Part shown: positions 51,936 through 62,030 of the stretch, piece after piece
Position numbering within the stretch: position 1 is the stretch's first letter
Layout: every line of letters starts with the position of its first letter
Source of the DNA: Ignavibacteriota bacterium
GTDB lineage: Bacteria > Bacteroidota > Ignavibacteria > UBA10030
Assembly: GCA_963727825.1 (NCBI GenBank)
Contig: CAVSHO010000011.1
Location: 192,001 to 256,000, forward strand
Length of the DNA: 64,000 nucleotides
Reading direction: 5' to 3'
Notes under the pieces: generated by a model
Seen by the model: only the letters and a program-made list of their open reading frames with translations
What the model was told of the DNA's origin: nothing
The model's database searches: none
Translations under genes and position numbers: made by a program

Positions 51936-52490
51936 ATGGATAGAATAATAAATGAAGATAACAAAATTCACGCAACTACTATTATTGGGCTTAGACATAA
52001 CGGACATATAGCTATCGGTGGCGATGGCCAAGTAACACTTGGCAATACGGTGATGAAGCAAAAGTCGAATAAAATACGAAGACTCTATAACAATTCTGTA
52101 CTCGCAGGATTTGCAGGCTCAGCTGCCGATGCATTTAGTTTATTAGAACGTTTTGAAGAAAAACTAGAACAATACCAAGGTCAGCTTGCGCGAGCAGCTG
52201 TGGAACTTGCCAAACTATGGCGAACAGATAAATATCTTCGTCAACTTGAAGCGCTACTTGCCGTACTCGACAAGGAACACGCGCTCATCATTTCCGGCAC
52301 TGGAGATGTTATTGAGCCTGACGATGGCATAGTTGCCGTTGGTTCCGGCGGAAGTTATGCGCTGTCTGCAGCACGAATACTTGTTAAACATACAAAGCTA
52401 AGCGCGCGCGATATTGTTCAGGAATCTCTCAACGCTGCTTCAGATATTTGCATTTATACAAACAAAAATTTCACTATTGAAGAATTGTAG
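51936..52490 (+). CDS. hslV: ATP-dependent protease subunit HslV
   Basis: IHATTI (catalytic Thr after a propeptide), [27 protein letters not shown]. Confidence 0.95.
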   Translation: MDRIINEDNKIHATTIIGLRHNGHIAIGGDGQVTLGNTVMKQKSNKIRRLYNNSVLAGFAGSAADAFSLLERFEEKLEQYQGQLARAAVELAKLWRTDKYLRQLEALLAVLDKEHALIISGTGDVIEPDDGIVAVGSGGSYALSAARILVKHTKLSARDIVQESLNAASDICIYTNKNFTIEEL

Positions 52491-52495
52491 GCACC

Positions 52496-53893
52496 GTGGC
52501 AAAAAAACAGATTGTAATTCCGCAAAAAGAATTGACTCCACGACAAATAGTCCGAGAGCTAGATAAATACATTATTGGTCAGCACGCTGCAAAGAAAGCA
52601 GTTGCCATTGCATTGCGAAATCGCTGGCGGCGGCTCCAAGTAACCGGAACGTTGCGTGAAGATATTATGCCGAACAATATTATTCTTATTGGTCCTACCG
52701 GAGTCGGCAAAACAGAAATCGCACGACGTCTGGCAAAACTTTCCGGCGCGCCGTTTCTTAAAGTAGAAGCATCGAAATTCACAGAAGTCGGTTATGTCGG
52801 CCGCGATGTCGAATCGATGGTGCGCGACCTTACAGAAATTTCTGTAAATATGGTGAAAGCGGAAAAAGCGGCAGAAGTGGAAAATAAGGCACGTGAACTA
52901 GCAGAAGAACGTCTGCTCGATATTCTCGTCCCTACTAATCGCCGCACTAAGACATCAGAAGTACAGGAACCGCCAGTGAACCCGGCAGTTAATGTAGAAC
53001 AAGATAATGAAACCACTCGACAGAAATTTCGCGAGAAACTGCGTTCAGGCAGTCTTGATGAACGTATGGTCGAACTTGAATTATCAGCATCACAAATGCC
53101 CTTGATGCAGGTGATGGGCCCGTTCAGTATGGAAGAAATGGGTATTAATTTGCAGGAAGTGTTCGGCAATATTTTACCTAAAAAAGAAAAACGCCGCAAA
53201 GTGACAGTTGCCGAAGCCCGCCGACTACTGATTTTAGAAGAATCACAAAAGTTGATTGACATGGAAAAGGTAACGAAAGAAGCGCTTGAGCGAGTAGAAA
53301 ATTCTGGTATCGTCTTCATAGATGAGATTGATAAAATTGCAAGTTCGAGGGGCCAGAGTTCTGGACCGGATGTCTCACGTGAAGGCGTCCAACGCGATCT
53401 TCTTCCTATTGTAGAAGGATCCAGTGTTCTTACTAAATATGGAATGGTTAAGACAGATCATGTTCTCTTTATTGCATCCGGAGCTTTCCACGTTGCAAAA
53501 CCATCGGATTTGATTCCAGAGCTGCAAGGAAGATTTCCGATTCGCGTAGAATTAAAAAGTTTAATCGAAGAGGATTTCGTTAAAATCCTTACTTTGCCGC
53601 AAAATGCACTCATTAAACAATATGCTGCTTTGTTGAAGACAGAAGGAATCGAGATCACGTTTAATGACGAGGCTGTGCGTGAAATTGCAAAGATTGCTTT
53701 TGAAGTTAATGATCAAGTCGAAAACATCGGCGCGCGCCGCCTTCATACTATCATCACAACTCTATTGGAAGAAGTTCTTTTTGATGCTCCGGACGGAATT
53801 AAGGAAACATCAATTGAGATAACACAGAAAGTTGTACAAGATAAATTGAATTCCATCGTAAAGAATCGTGACCTCAGTAGATATATTCTCTGA
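52496..53893 (+). CDS. hslU: ATP-dependent protease ATPase HslU
   Basis: [48 protein letters not shown]. Confidence 0.97.
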   Translation: MAKKQIVIPQKELTPRQIVRELDKYIIGQHAAKKAVAIALRNRWRRLQVTGTLREDIMPNNIILIGPTGVGKTEIARRLAKLSGAPFLKVEASKFTEVGYVGRDVESMVRDLTEISVNMVKAEKAAEVENKARELAEERLLDILVPTNRRTKTSEVQEPPVNPAVNVEQDNETTRQKFREKLRSGSLDERMVELELSASQMPLMQVMGPFSMEEMGINLQEVFGNILPKKEKRRKVTVAEARRLLILEESQKLIDMEKVTKEALERVENSGIVFIDEIDKIASSRGQSSGPDVSREGVQRDLLPIVEGSSVLTKYGMVKTDHVLFIASGAFHVAKPSDLIPELQGRFPIRVELKSLIEEDFVKILTLPQNALIKQYAALLKTEGIEITFNDEAVREIAKIAFEVNDQVENIGARRLHTIITTLLEEVLFDAPDGIKETSIEITQKVVQDKLNSIVKNRDLSRYIL

Positions 53894-53911
53894 TGGTTTG
53901 GTTGTACAGAC

Positions 53912-53938
53912 AAACGGGCAAGATAATCTTGCCCGTTT
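53912..53938. terminator. Bidirectional terminator between convergent genes
   Basis: AAACGGGCAAGAT-A-ATCTTGCCCGTTT perfect inverted repeat. Confidence 0.8.
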
Positions 53939-53977
53939 CTATTTCATGGTGCTTTGTTTTTTTATTCCAATGTGCTT

Positions 53978-55417
53978 TTAAATTCTGATTTTCATCCCCG
54001 CAGAAATCGAGAACATTTGGAAATTCTTTCCAGAGAATAAAAATCCAAAATTATCCGTTGCCAAATCGAAACTAAAGACATAGGCATCGATACCAAAACC
54101 AAATGCCCAACGTGGTATATCTCCTCCACCAAGCGAGAGACCTGTTCGCAACGGAATCAAGGGAATTATTCGGTATTCCATGCCTAGTGAAACACGCGGT
54201 TTCGTTGTGTTACCCAATGACTCATTAAATCCTTGGAGGTAATCGAAAGCAAGTAATAATTTCCCTGGCAGGAATCTTAAACCAGGTATATCTTTAGCTT
54301 CCATCATCATCCCCACTCGCAATGCAGTAGGAAGACTTGTGGTAAATGAGGCCCCCGGACGATTTTTCCCTTTGATCGCTGTCAATAAAGAATCATTTTG
54401 GCCGGCAAATTGCGTAAAAGGATTGTTGATGTTAAGCGAATCGCTGCCATATGACTCAATAATGTTTTTATCCCACGTTATCTTACCGATATTGGTAATA
54501 CTCAATGCTAACTGTATTTCACTTAAGAGTGTTCCGGTAATTCCGATATCGAATCCGGTTCCCGTTCCAATCGGATCGGGGAACATTTTGAATTTATCAA
54601 ATGTCGGTCCCATTTTACTTGAGTCACCGGTCAACATTTCAATACCGGCATGCCGTGCAAGAAAATCGACCTTCCCTTTCGTTATATATTGGTTGCGGTC
54701 GTTTGGATCAAGAGTATTACTAAATGAAGTGTTGTTCTGCGTCGATTCAAATATTCCATACCCTTTTACAAGCTTTATACCGATTCCAGCATATAAATCT
54801 TTCAAGAATGGAATGGTAACTGGCAGCTTTCTTCCATAGGATATGTTATATTCCCTGTACCACCACGCCTCCCCGCTTGTTCCGGAGAAATCATACGACG
54901 AGCCTAACGAATCTAAACCGAATGCAGCAAGACGGAAGTAATCTTTAGACATAGAAATGGTAGCTCCTAAATGGTCTCTTATTGCGAATCCAATACCGCC
55001 AAGAACAGGTGATTGAAGTGAAAATCCGAACCATTGGACTTCCGATAAAAACTTTGTTTGTGGGTTTTCCGGCATCTGGGAAAGAATATTATTTTTATCG
55101 GTATTCGTTAAAAGTTTGCTCACTCTCTTTCCTGTTGAGTCAGGAACACCGGTAAAATAATTTTGATAAATATCGTAATTAAATAATTCTGTTCGTAATT
55201 TCATTCCAAAATTCGGAAGACTGAGTGTAACCGGATTCCATTCCGGTAATGCAACATTGGCCGGATTAATACCTATTGCATCCGTGCCACGCGATACAGC
55301 AGTGGTTGTCTGCGCCATGCCCATTCCGCGAATATTTGATAGGTCTTGCGCCTGAACAGTTTGCATCAATAAAGTTCCGAGAACCAGTATCATAAGTATA
55401 TTTTTTCTCATGGTCAT
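53978..55417 (-). CDS. Outer-membrane beta-barrel protein (DUF5723 / FadL-like fold)
   Basis: Signal peptide, RGMGMA...NPAN plug motif, GTGFDIG, GKITW, LGMEYR..PLRTG, C-terminal beta strand. Confidence 0.65.
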   Translation of the reverse strand: MTMRKNILMILVLGTLLMQTVQAQDLSNIRGMGMAQTTTAVSRGTDAIGINPANVALPEWNPVTLSLPNFGMKLRTELFNYDIYQNYFTGVPDSTGKRVSKLLTNTDKNNILSQMPENPQTKFLSEVQWFGFSLQSPVLGGIGFAIRDHLGATISMSKDYFRLAAFGLDSLGSSYDFSGTSGEAWWYREYNISYGRKLPVTIPFLKDLYAGIGIKLVKGYGIFESTQNNTSFSNTLDPNDRNQYITKGKVDFLARHAGIEMLTGDSSKMGPTFDKFKMFPDPIGTGTGFDIGITGTLLSEIQLALSITNIGKITWDKNIIESYGSDSLNINNPFTQFAGQNDSLLTAIKGKNRPGASFTTSLPTALRVGMMMEAKDIPGLRFLPGKLLLAFDYLQGFNESLGNTTKPRVSLGMEYRIIPLIPLRTGLSLGGGDIPRWAFGFGIDAYVFSFDLATDNFGFLFSGKNFQMFSISAGMKIRI

Positions 55418-55425
55418 TCTCTCCT

Positions 55426-57555
55426 TTATTGCTTTCCCTGGATTTGATATGTCAAGGTTGCCGAAGCTCTAAGACGGATAGATTGATTAGTTGTTATTAC
55501 CACCGGTACTGACCCGTTATTGCTCGTGCTAAGCGCAAAATTTATTGCCACTGAATCGGATGAATTAAATTTCCGCACTTGAGCCGTATCCAACACGATA
55601 CTGATATATGACGTCATTGGACTTGTAACTACACCAGAGGCATTGACATTAGCAGGAAGGAATGTCGAATCTGGAACTATCGTCAGCGTTGTATCTGAAT
55701 GGCGAGTAAGATTATTCCACGTTAAAAATTTTATACCGAATTTTACACCTAACGGTATCCCATTCGTCGCGGTAATATTCATCCTTGCGTTCACCATTTT
55801 ATTCGTAAAGTCTTGATTATTATTTTCTTCGCTCATTGCAAGAACATCTTTATACGAGCCGCTTTGTATCCCAAGTTGACTCGGGAATGTCAGAGCAACA
55901 TCCGGATATACTTTTGATGTATCATCCACAGTATATGCCTGACCGGAAACAGATACATCTGCTGGGCTGAGAACAACGGTTCCTTGCAGAGACATGAAAT
56001 CAGGTAAATTCGGGAAACTAAAGAAATGCGAAAGAAACGTATTAAATCCTGGTGCGCTTGATAAATTAATTTCAGAAGTCGTTCCGCCTGGAGTGATCCT
56101 GAACTGTCCAGCAGAATTTGCAGGAATTCCTAAAGTATCTACTATGCCGTTTGAAGAATTTTTCGTGATGAGTTTTAAATTATAATCCATCGGGAATCCG
56201 CCGCCGGTAATCGGTAGACGCAATATAATAGAGACGCCCTGGAAATTTAACGTCGCACTTAATTTATTTTTAATATCCTGCAACCCGGGAAAGTTTGTAT
56301 TGATTCCTTGATTCACAAGAATAGTCTGTGGCTTGATTCTTCCCGTTACAGATTTTAGTATGAAAGTATCTCCCGGTCGGATTTCAGCACGAACAAAATC
56401 ATTTTTAGTGATTACCTTTTTATCAACACCTGAATTTATTGTTTTGATACCGACAGAATAAACAAGGTTCGTTCCCTGTGAAGAAGGAGAGAATGTAGCC
56501 GATTGAACTTGATAGTTGGTGGAATTAAAAATGATTGGTACAACTACACTATCCTGACTTTTCAATGTTGTATCAATTCTCAAAGTATCCCCATTTGTGA
56601 TCTTCCTAATATCATTTACTTTGAGAAATACCCCTACTTGAACATTTGAGCGGTTAATGAGAGCAAAATTAAATGACCCTTGACGAAATTGTGCATTTTG
56701 AATAGCAATTGTATCGTCCAATGTGATCGATGTATCATTAATCGACGCTACAGTTTGTGTAGGTATTACTGCATTCGCACTATCTGCTGTAAGATTCGAC
56801 GATTGAAACGAAATTGATACTCCACTTGATGATGTAAAAGTTACGGGATTAAGTGAACCAGATGTATGCATTTGAATGGGGTCAGTTGTTAAGGAGCCAC
56901 GTAATAACTTTCCATCTATAACTGCGGGAACTGGAAGGGTTACGCCAGGATTAATTGCACCCGAAATAGAAAACGAGGCAATTACCGAATTATCAACTGG
57001 GTTCGTCCAATTATTATGAAGTACAATCGGAGCAGGAAAATCAATTGGAACCGGCATGTTGTTAGTGATGGAAAGTGTTAACGTTCCAGATGCTATTTTT
57101 ACGTAATCGAATGTTGAATCACTAATCGATACAGCAGGAATGGGAAATGAACTTGCCGGTAATGCGGGTAATGTACCATTTAAACTGGGAGAGATTGTTG
57201 TTGCAAGGATTGTGGAGTTCTTAGAAAATCCATTTACTGTAAATTGTCCAACACCGACTTGCTGTGAAGAGAATTTCGGTTGCAACGATATCTGACCTAT
57301 TCCTTGCGGCGGCATCGATTGGTTATATAAATATGAAAATGTTCCATCGGGATTAAGAGTGAGTGCCGGACTTTTCTGAACCCATTCCAAAACGTAATGG
57401 GTAACATCAGCAACTGGCATGCTCAATTGGATATCCGATGACGGAGCCACAGGCTGCAAAGGCATATCAACGCAATTGAAGGAAATGAATGCAAGCAAAC
57501 ACATTGCAAATCCCACAATCATTGCCTCGGGTAAAGCTTTAACAATATTCTTCAT
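55426..57555 (-). CDS. Large hypothetical beta-rich lipoprotein
   Basis: Lipoprotein-like signal ending ..AFISFN-C; S/T/N-rich, with a repeated 'ITNNMPV / ATNGIPL' motif; 8 bp from the barrel gene. Confidence 0.65.
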   Translation of the reverse strand: MKNIVKALPEAMIVGFAMCLLAFISFNCVDMPLQPVAPSSDIQLSMPVADVTHYVLEWVQKSPALTLNPDGTFSYLYNQSMPPQGIGQISLQPKFSSQQVGVGQFTVNGFSKNSTILATTISPSLNGTLPALPASSFPIPAVSISDSTFDYVKIASGTLTLSITNNMPVPIDFPAPIVLHNNWTNPVDNSVIASFSISGAINPGVTLPVPAVIDGKLLRGSLTTDPIQMHTSGSLNPVTFTSSSGVSISFQSSNLTADSANAVIPTQTVASINDTSITLDDTIAIQNAQFRQGSFNFALINRSNVQVGVFLKVNDIRKITNGDTLRIDTTLKSQDSVVVPIIFNSTNYQVQSATFSPSSQGTNLVYSVGIKTINSGVDKKVITKNDFVRAEIRPGDTFILKSVTGRIKPQTILVNQGINTNFPGLQDIKNKLSATLNFQGVSIILRLPITGGGFPMDYNLKLITKNSSNGIVDTLGIPANSAGQFRITPGGTTSEINLSSAPGFNTFLSHFFSFPNLPDFMSLQGTVVLSPADVSVSGQAYTVDDTSKVYPDVALTFPSQLGIQSGSYKDVLAMSEENNNQDFTNKMVNARMNITATNGIPLGVKFGIKFLTWNNLTRHSDTTLTIVPDSTFLPANVNASGVVTSPMTSYISIVLDTAQVRKFNSSDSVAINFALSTSNNGSVPVVITTNQSIRLRASATLTYQIQGKQ

Positions 57556-57684
57556 AATACTTCCCTCAGTTTATAAATGAATATTACTATATTCAGTTTA
57601 ATATACCGACTGCTTAAAGAATTGTCAAGAAAATGCCTCAAAGCATTTGTCTTATGATGATTTATATGTCTATAGTCACAAATA

Positions 57685-57719
57685 AAAAAGCTGATACCGC
57701 TAAATCGACATCAGCTTTT
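57685..57719 (-). terminator. Terminator after the DUF3467 gene
   Basis: AAAGCTGAT...ATCAGCTTT stem with a T run on the minus strand. Confidence 0.65.
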
Positions 57720-57742
57720 ATGGTCATACTTTCAGAATGAAA

Positions 57743-58081
57743 TTAGTGAAATCTCTCTTCTTTGGTAGGCGGCTGGAAACCGAAAATTGATCCACCAGGT
57801 GGTTCGCCTATGAGTTTTATTTCACCGAATTTTTTCTCAAACTTGTCAACGTTGTCATGAATTGCGTTAAGTAACATCTTTGTATGCTGCGGAGTCATAA
57901 TAATGCGGGCATGAACCTTTGCCTTTGGAGTCCCTGGAAGCACTCGCGTAAAATCAATGACAAATTCCGCCGGTGAATGCGTGATAATTGCAAGATTGGA
58001 ATAGATACCTTCTGCCTCTTTTTCTCCAAGCTCGATATTAATTTGTTGTTGAACAGGTTGATCAGTCATATCAGAATCCAT
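57743..58081 (-). CDS. DUF3467 domain protein
   Basis: QINIEL...AEGIYSNLAIITHSPAEFVIDF...PKAKV.ARIIMTPQH.K. Confidence 0.85.
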   Translation of the reverse strand: MDSDMTDQPVQQQINIELGEKEAEGIYSNLAIITHSPAEFVIDFTRVLPGTPKAKVHARIIMTPQHTKMLLNAIHDNVDKFEKKFGEIKLIGEPPGGSIFGFQPPTKEERFH

Positions 58082-58106
58082 TCCTTACTAACTTTGATAA
58101 AATTGT

Positions 58107-59501
58107 TCACTTACCAGCTCTGCGTATTTTATCTGCTTCATCAAGTGCCTTCGTTGCTTTATCTGATTGACCAAGAAGAGCATAGATCGTTCCAAGCGTT
58201 TCCCAAATTCTCGCATCATCCTTTTTAATTACTGTCATTTTTTCCATCCAAGGTAATGCCGCCTGGAATTTTGCTTTATACTCTTCATTCTCGTCTCCTT
58301 TTTCTTGCGAGGCTCTTTTCATCTTTACGCCCCAATTGTAATAGGTCGCGCCGATATCATAATATGCATCGGTAAAACTAGAATCTAATCTTAACGTTTC
58401 GTTAAATTCCGAAATCGCTCCATCAAAGTCACTAACCGATCTATAGAGAAGACCAAGTATATAATGATTCATCTTGTTCCCCGGGTCGTTTTCAACTGCA
58501 AGCTTGAAGGCTTTAGTCGCTTCTACAGCGCGGTCTGCTTCATAATACGCCTGTAGCAGTAAATTCAAGTTTTCATTGTCTTTCGGATCTACTTTTTTAA
58601 TTGCCTCAAATATATCCACAGCTTTATTAAATTCAGCTACCGCTTCAATATATTTTGTAGAATCTATTTTTATAATGTAAGGCTTGTCAATTTTCTTATT
58701 TACGACACGTTCACCTTCAAATGAAAAAGTCATTGAATATTGATTATAGGTCCATTCTTCCTTCTTTGGATCCTTTTTATCTTTCTTTTGGCTATCCGGA
58801 GGTCCAAAAGCCTGTGTTACATCATTCTTAAAGCTACCCTTGTCGATATCTTTCAGATTTTTTTGAAGCCTTAGTTTATCAGCATTTTCTGTTCTGAACT
58901 GTTCTTTTTTATCCAAACCCTTTTGAGTGTAAATTCTTCCAACCGATTTATAGGCCTCTTTATCATGATCCATATCCCACATTTTAGTTAGATACAAGAC
59001 TGTACTGTCAAGATCGCCTTTTGATTTATATGCTCCGGCAAGGTATAGATATGTGATGGATGTATCCGGCCATACCGCATTTGCCATTTTATAGTCCTGA
59101 ATTGCCTTGTCGTAATATTGTAATGAATCATTTGTCGCTCGATTTTTATTGGCCACGCCACTGTTAATATATTGGACCCAGAAATGTGTGCGAATAGCGC
59201 GAATATCGCTGGAAAATTGATTGGAATATTTTTGTGATGAGTCAAACGCTTGATTCATGCCTACGAAGTCATTCAGTTCCATGCCGCGAAGACGGCCAAG
59301 ACGATACCACGCTTCAAAGTTTGCCGGATTTTTTTGAACTTCTTGTTCGTACAGCTTTGCCGCTAATCGGAAATTTTTATTTTGCTCTTGTACTTTCGCG
59401 CCTGTGAAATCTGGAGAACCGCATTGAAATCCTTGAATTATAAATCCCACAAGGAGTAACGCAAAGAATAAATAGAATAAATTACTTTTCATGGATAGCA
59501 T
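58107..59501 (-). CDS. TPR lipoprotein with an inserted SmpA/OmlA(BamE)-like segment
   Basis: Signal ending GFQC; TPR repeats; internal IDKGSFKNDVTQAFGPPD...EEWTY...FSFEGERVV. Confidence 0.7.
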   Translation of the reverse strand: MLSMKSNLFYLFFALLLVGFIIQGFQCGSPDFTGAKVQEQNKNFRLAAKLYEQEVQKNPANFEAWYRLGRLRGMELNDFVGMNQAFDSSQKYSNQFSSDIRAIRTHFWVQYINSGVANKNRATNDSLQYYDKAIQDYKMANAVWPDTSITYLYLAGAYKSKGDLDSTVLYLTKMWDMDHDKEAYKSVGRIYTQKGLDKKEQFRTENADKLRLQKNLKDIDKGSFKNDVTQAFGPPDSQKKDKKDPKKEEWTYNQYSMTFSFEGERVVNKKIDKPYIIKIDSTKYIEAVAEFNKAVDIFEAIKKVDPKDNENLNLLLQAYYEADRAVEATKAFKLAVENDPGNKMNHYILGLLYRSVSDFDGAISEFNETLRLDSSFTDAYYDIGATYYNWGVKMKRASQEKGDENEEYKAKFQAALPWMEKMTVIKKDDARIWETLGTIYALLGQSDKATKALDEADKIRRAGK

Positions 59502-59617
59502 CCTTTATGTTGGTCATTAAGTCATATATTTCGCGAAAAAAATATACCAAAAGGTGCTGGTAGAAGCAAGATTAAATTTTAAAACTCACAGTTGTTTAAT
59601 TAAGTCGCAATATTAAA

Positions 59618-59645
59618 TAAGCCCGACAAAAAATGCCGGGCTTAT
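59618..59645 (-). terminator. Hairpin downstream of the anti-sigma gene
   Basis: ATAAGCCCG...CGGGCTTAT inverted repeat. Confidence 0.55.
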
Positions 59646-59701
59646 ACAAAGGTGTATTATTGCGATTTCGGTAGTGTCTCAATTTAATATTACTGGCGAG
59701 T

Positions 59702-59760
59702 GATGTCAGGAGTTTCCTCCTGACATCCAACAGGATCGGTCAGGACGTAAGTCCTGACCG
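59702..59760. repeat. Tandem REP-like palindromes
   Basis: GATGTCAGGAG-TTTC-CTCCTGACATC (59702-59727) and CGGTCAGGAC-GTAA-GTCCTGACCG (59737-59760), both perfect stems sharing a GTCAGGA/TCCTGAC core. Confidence 0.7.
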
Positions 59761-59791
59761 CACGAAACTGAGACACTACCGCAATTTGCTA

Positions 59792-61078
59792 TTATGGCGT
59801 GATATTGACGGAAGATGTATCTTTTCCAATACGCATTTTGGTAGAATGATTTTGCATTTCAGGCAGGAGAAATTGTTTCCGAAAACGTGGCTGAACAACG
59901 ACGCGCATCGGTTGCTGATTATCTTCTTCGCCAGGAACGTTAATTTCCACGCTAAAGAATTCTTCTCCGCTAAAAATCTGATCAGGAGGTGGAAATTGCA
60001 CATTCCTCGGTATGCGTCGGAATTCTTTTGTCATAATTTTTCTAAGCATCGCTTCTCTACGAACTCCCGCAGCGGCAAAATCCTTTTCCACTTGCCGTCG
60101 AAGACTATCGAAATCAATATGAATTTGAGAATACATCATTGTGTCCGGTGTGATAATAACAAAGCGATCACTTTGTGGAAATCTTTGGATACGCTGGAAA
60201 TTATTGCCTACTTTTCCAGTCGGCACACTCTTCGCTGTTACCGTGTAAGGTGCATTGTTGGCTTCAAGCAAACGCTCGAAATTTACTCGCTGAGCCGGCT
60301 CCAAGCATGAAGCAATATTAGTTACCATCAATCGATTCAATTTTGGCAGATCAGGTGCAATGGCCATTGTATTGTTATCACCAATCAAAACAGAGGATTC
60401 AATACGCCTTCCAGTCAATTCCAACATGGAGTCAATTATTTTTTTCTGTTTTGCAGATGGCTTCACTTCAGAAATAAAGCGATCAAATGTAACCGATTTA
60501 GTTTTGTTTCTTAAATTATTCCCAACTTCTATACGATACCCTTTCTCTGATTGTTCATCAACGCGAAGCGCAGTCTCTGACTTATCATCAAGTTGAAGCG
60601 TTCCAAAGAGTGAAAACTGCAATGCGCGCTCTTTATCCACTTTGGAAAAGAGCGGCAATAGAGAACCTTGCAGAATTTTATTCTCGTACACTTTTCGAAC
60701 TGCCTGCGATTTCTCAGAAAAAAACTGTACGAATTGCATCCGATTTTGAATGACTAATGTTCCTACAAACACAACAACGGCAGTAACCATAACAGAAATC
60801 GCAGGAAGAAACTTACGCGGGAATGGAAGAAGATTGCGTTCTTCTTCTTTCTGCTCTTCCATTGCTACTGAAAAGCGAGTCCAGAAACCAATATCAGGAT
60901 TTAATTTCGGTTGTGAAGCCAAAAGTATTTTTAGATTCTTTAGTTCTGAAACGTGTTTTCTTACAGATTCATCCTCCGCAAGTAAGGATTCCACTTGCCG
61001 CACTTCTTTTTCGGACAGCGTGCCATCGATATATTGTGAAAGCAATGCGTCTAATTTTTGTTCATTTATTTTTCTCAT
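59792..61078 (-). CDS. Transmembrane anti-sigma factor with a large periplasmic domain
   Basis: MRKINEQKLDALLSQYIDGTLSEKEVRQVESLL (anti-sigma domain), single TM helix; ATG 61078 overlaps the sigma factor stop. Confidence 0.8.
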   Translation of the reverse strand: MRKINEQKLDALLSQYIDGTLSEKEVRQVESLLAEDESVRKHVSELKNLKILLASQPKLNPDIGFWTRFSVAMEEQKEEERNLLPFPRKFLPAISVMVTAVVVFVGTLVIQNRMQFVQFFSEKSQAVRKVYENKILQGSLLPLFSKVDKERALQFSLFGTLQLDDKSETALRVDEQSEKGYRIEVGNNLRNKTKSVTFDRFISEVKPSAKQKKIIDSMLELTGRRIESSVLIGDNNTMAIAPDLPKLNRLMVTNIASCLEPAQRVNFERLLEANNAPYTVTAKSVPTGKVGNNFQRIQRFPQSDRFVIITPDTMMYSQIHIDFDSLRRQVEKDFAAAGVRREAMLRKIMTKEFRRIPRNVQFPPPDQIFSGEEFFSVEINVPGEEDNQQPMRVVVQPRFRKQFLLPEMQNHSTKMRIGKDTSSVNITP

Positions 61079-61821
61079 AATTGTACCTCCTCCATTAACG
61101 GCTTTAATGCTTTCCTCAGCATTGCACGTGCTCGGGAGATTCTTGATTTCACAGTGCCGAGTTGACACTGCATTACTTCGGCTATTTCTTCGTATGAAAG
61201 TCCCTCTATGTCCTTCAATACCACTGCTGTTCTAAATTTTTCTGGCAATGTCTGCAATCCCATCGCTACCAATTCCTGTGTATCTCTGTTTTCGGGCGGA
61301 ACTGAAAGGCGAACATTTAATTCTTTTTCAATTCCTTCATCAAGAGTTTGGAAGGAAAAGAAGCGGCGCACCTTCTTCTTTCGAAGTTCATCCCTGCTTT
61401 TATTTACAGCAATTCTGTAAAGCCACGTGTAAAATGACGCTTCAAATCGAAAATTCGGAAGTGCTTGATATGCTTTAATAAACACTTCCTGTGCAAGATC
61501 ATCGATGAAGTCTCTATCGTGGAAAATCGAAAACAGCAAATTGCGAATCCGCTCTTGATAACGCTCCACCAGAAAGCGATAAACATCGAGATCACCGCTC
61601 TGGAATGCCGTGATTAGCGCTTCATCGTTCATTTCACGGAGAACTTCGGCATTGGGTTTGGACTGAACCTTATCGTTAATCATGGGTTTCGTATCATTCG
61701 TTCTTAGGAATGAAGTTACAAAACTTCTTCCACGAACTCCAATATTTTCAGGCTCATGTTCATTCCATTCACTACGCGGAAATGGAACCGCCATGCTTCC
61801 TCCAATATTTCTCGCATCCAT
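61075..61821 (-). CDS. ECF RNA polymerase sigma factor (RpoE-like); start uncertain (61821, 61794 or 61683)
   Basis: DDLAQEVFIKAY, FYTWLYRIAVN, EGLSYEEIAEVM..GTVKSRISRAR. Confidence 0.92.
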   Translation of the reverse strand: MDARNIGGSMAVPFPRSEWNEHEPENIGVRGRSFVTSFLRTNDTKPMINDKVQSKPNAEVLREMNDEALITAFQSGDLDVYRFLVERYQERIRNLLFSIFHDRDFIDDLAQEVFIKAYQALPNFRFEASFYTWLYRIAVNKSRDELRKKKVRRFFSFQTLDEGIEKELNVRLSVPPENRDTQELVAMGLQTLPEKFRTAVVLKDIEGLSYEEIAEVMQCQLGTVKSRISRARAMLRKALKPLMEEVQL

Positions 61822-61872
61822 GGTTTTTTCGCAATGTTCAGTTTTTTCATGCATCCAATGCAACTAGAACAA

Positions 61873-61899
61873 TAGACGCTTTTTACCAGAAATTGTTCC
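61873..61899 (-). promoter_or_regulatory. Candidate autoregulatory ECF promoter
   Basis: Minus strand GGAAC-N17-GTCTA directly upstream of the ECF sigma gene, matching the GGAAC/GTC pattern of RpoE-type promoters. Confidence 0.65.
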
Positions 61900-61957
61900 C
61901 ATATACACTGCTAAGTGGAGAAAATACTCACGTAAACGTGTCGCATTATTATATTGC

Positions 61958-61994
61958 AACGCCTTGCCAAAATCCGGGATCTTAGCAAGGCGTT
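61958..61994 (-). terminator. Hairpin after the GH105 gene
   Basis: AACGCCTTGC...GCAAGGCGTT inverted repeat. Confidence 0.55.
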
Positions 61995-62030
61995 TATTCC
62001 TTTGCGATTGAAAATAATAATCAATAGATA

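Noticed and set aside
46285-60310. Long antisense ORFs such as 46285..46941, 51474..52061, 52792..53319, 54339..54839 and 59786..60310
   Set aside because: They lie opposite well-supported genes (glmM, rpoN/hslV, hslU, barrel, anti-sigma) and have no motifs of their own.
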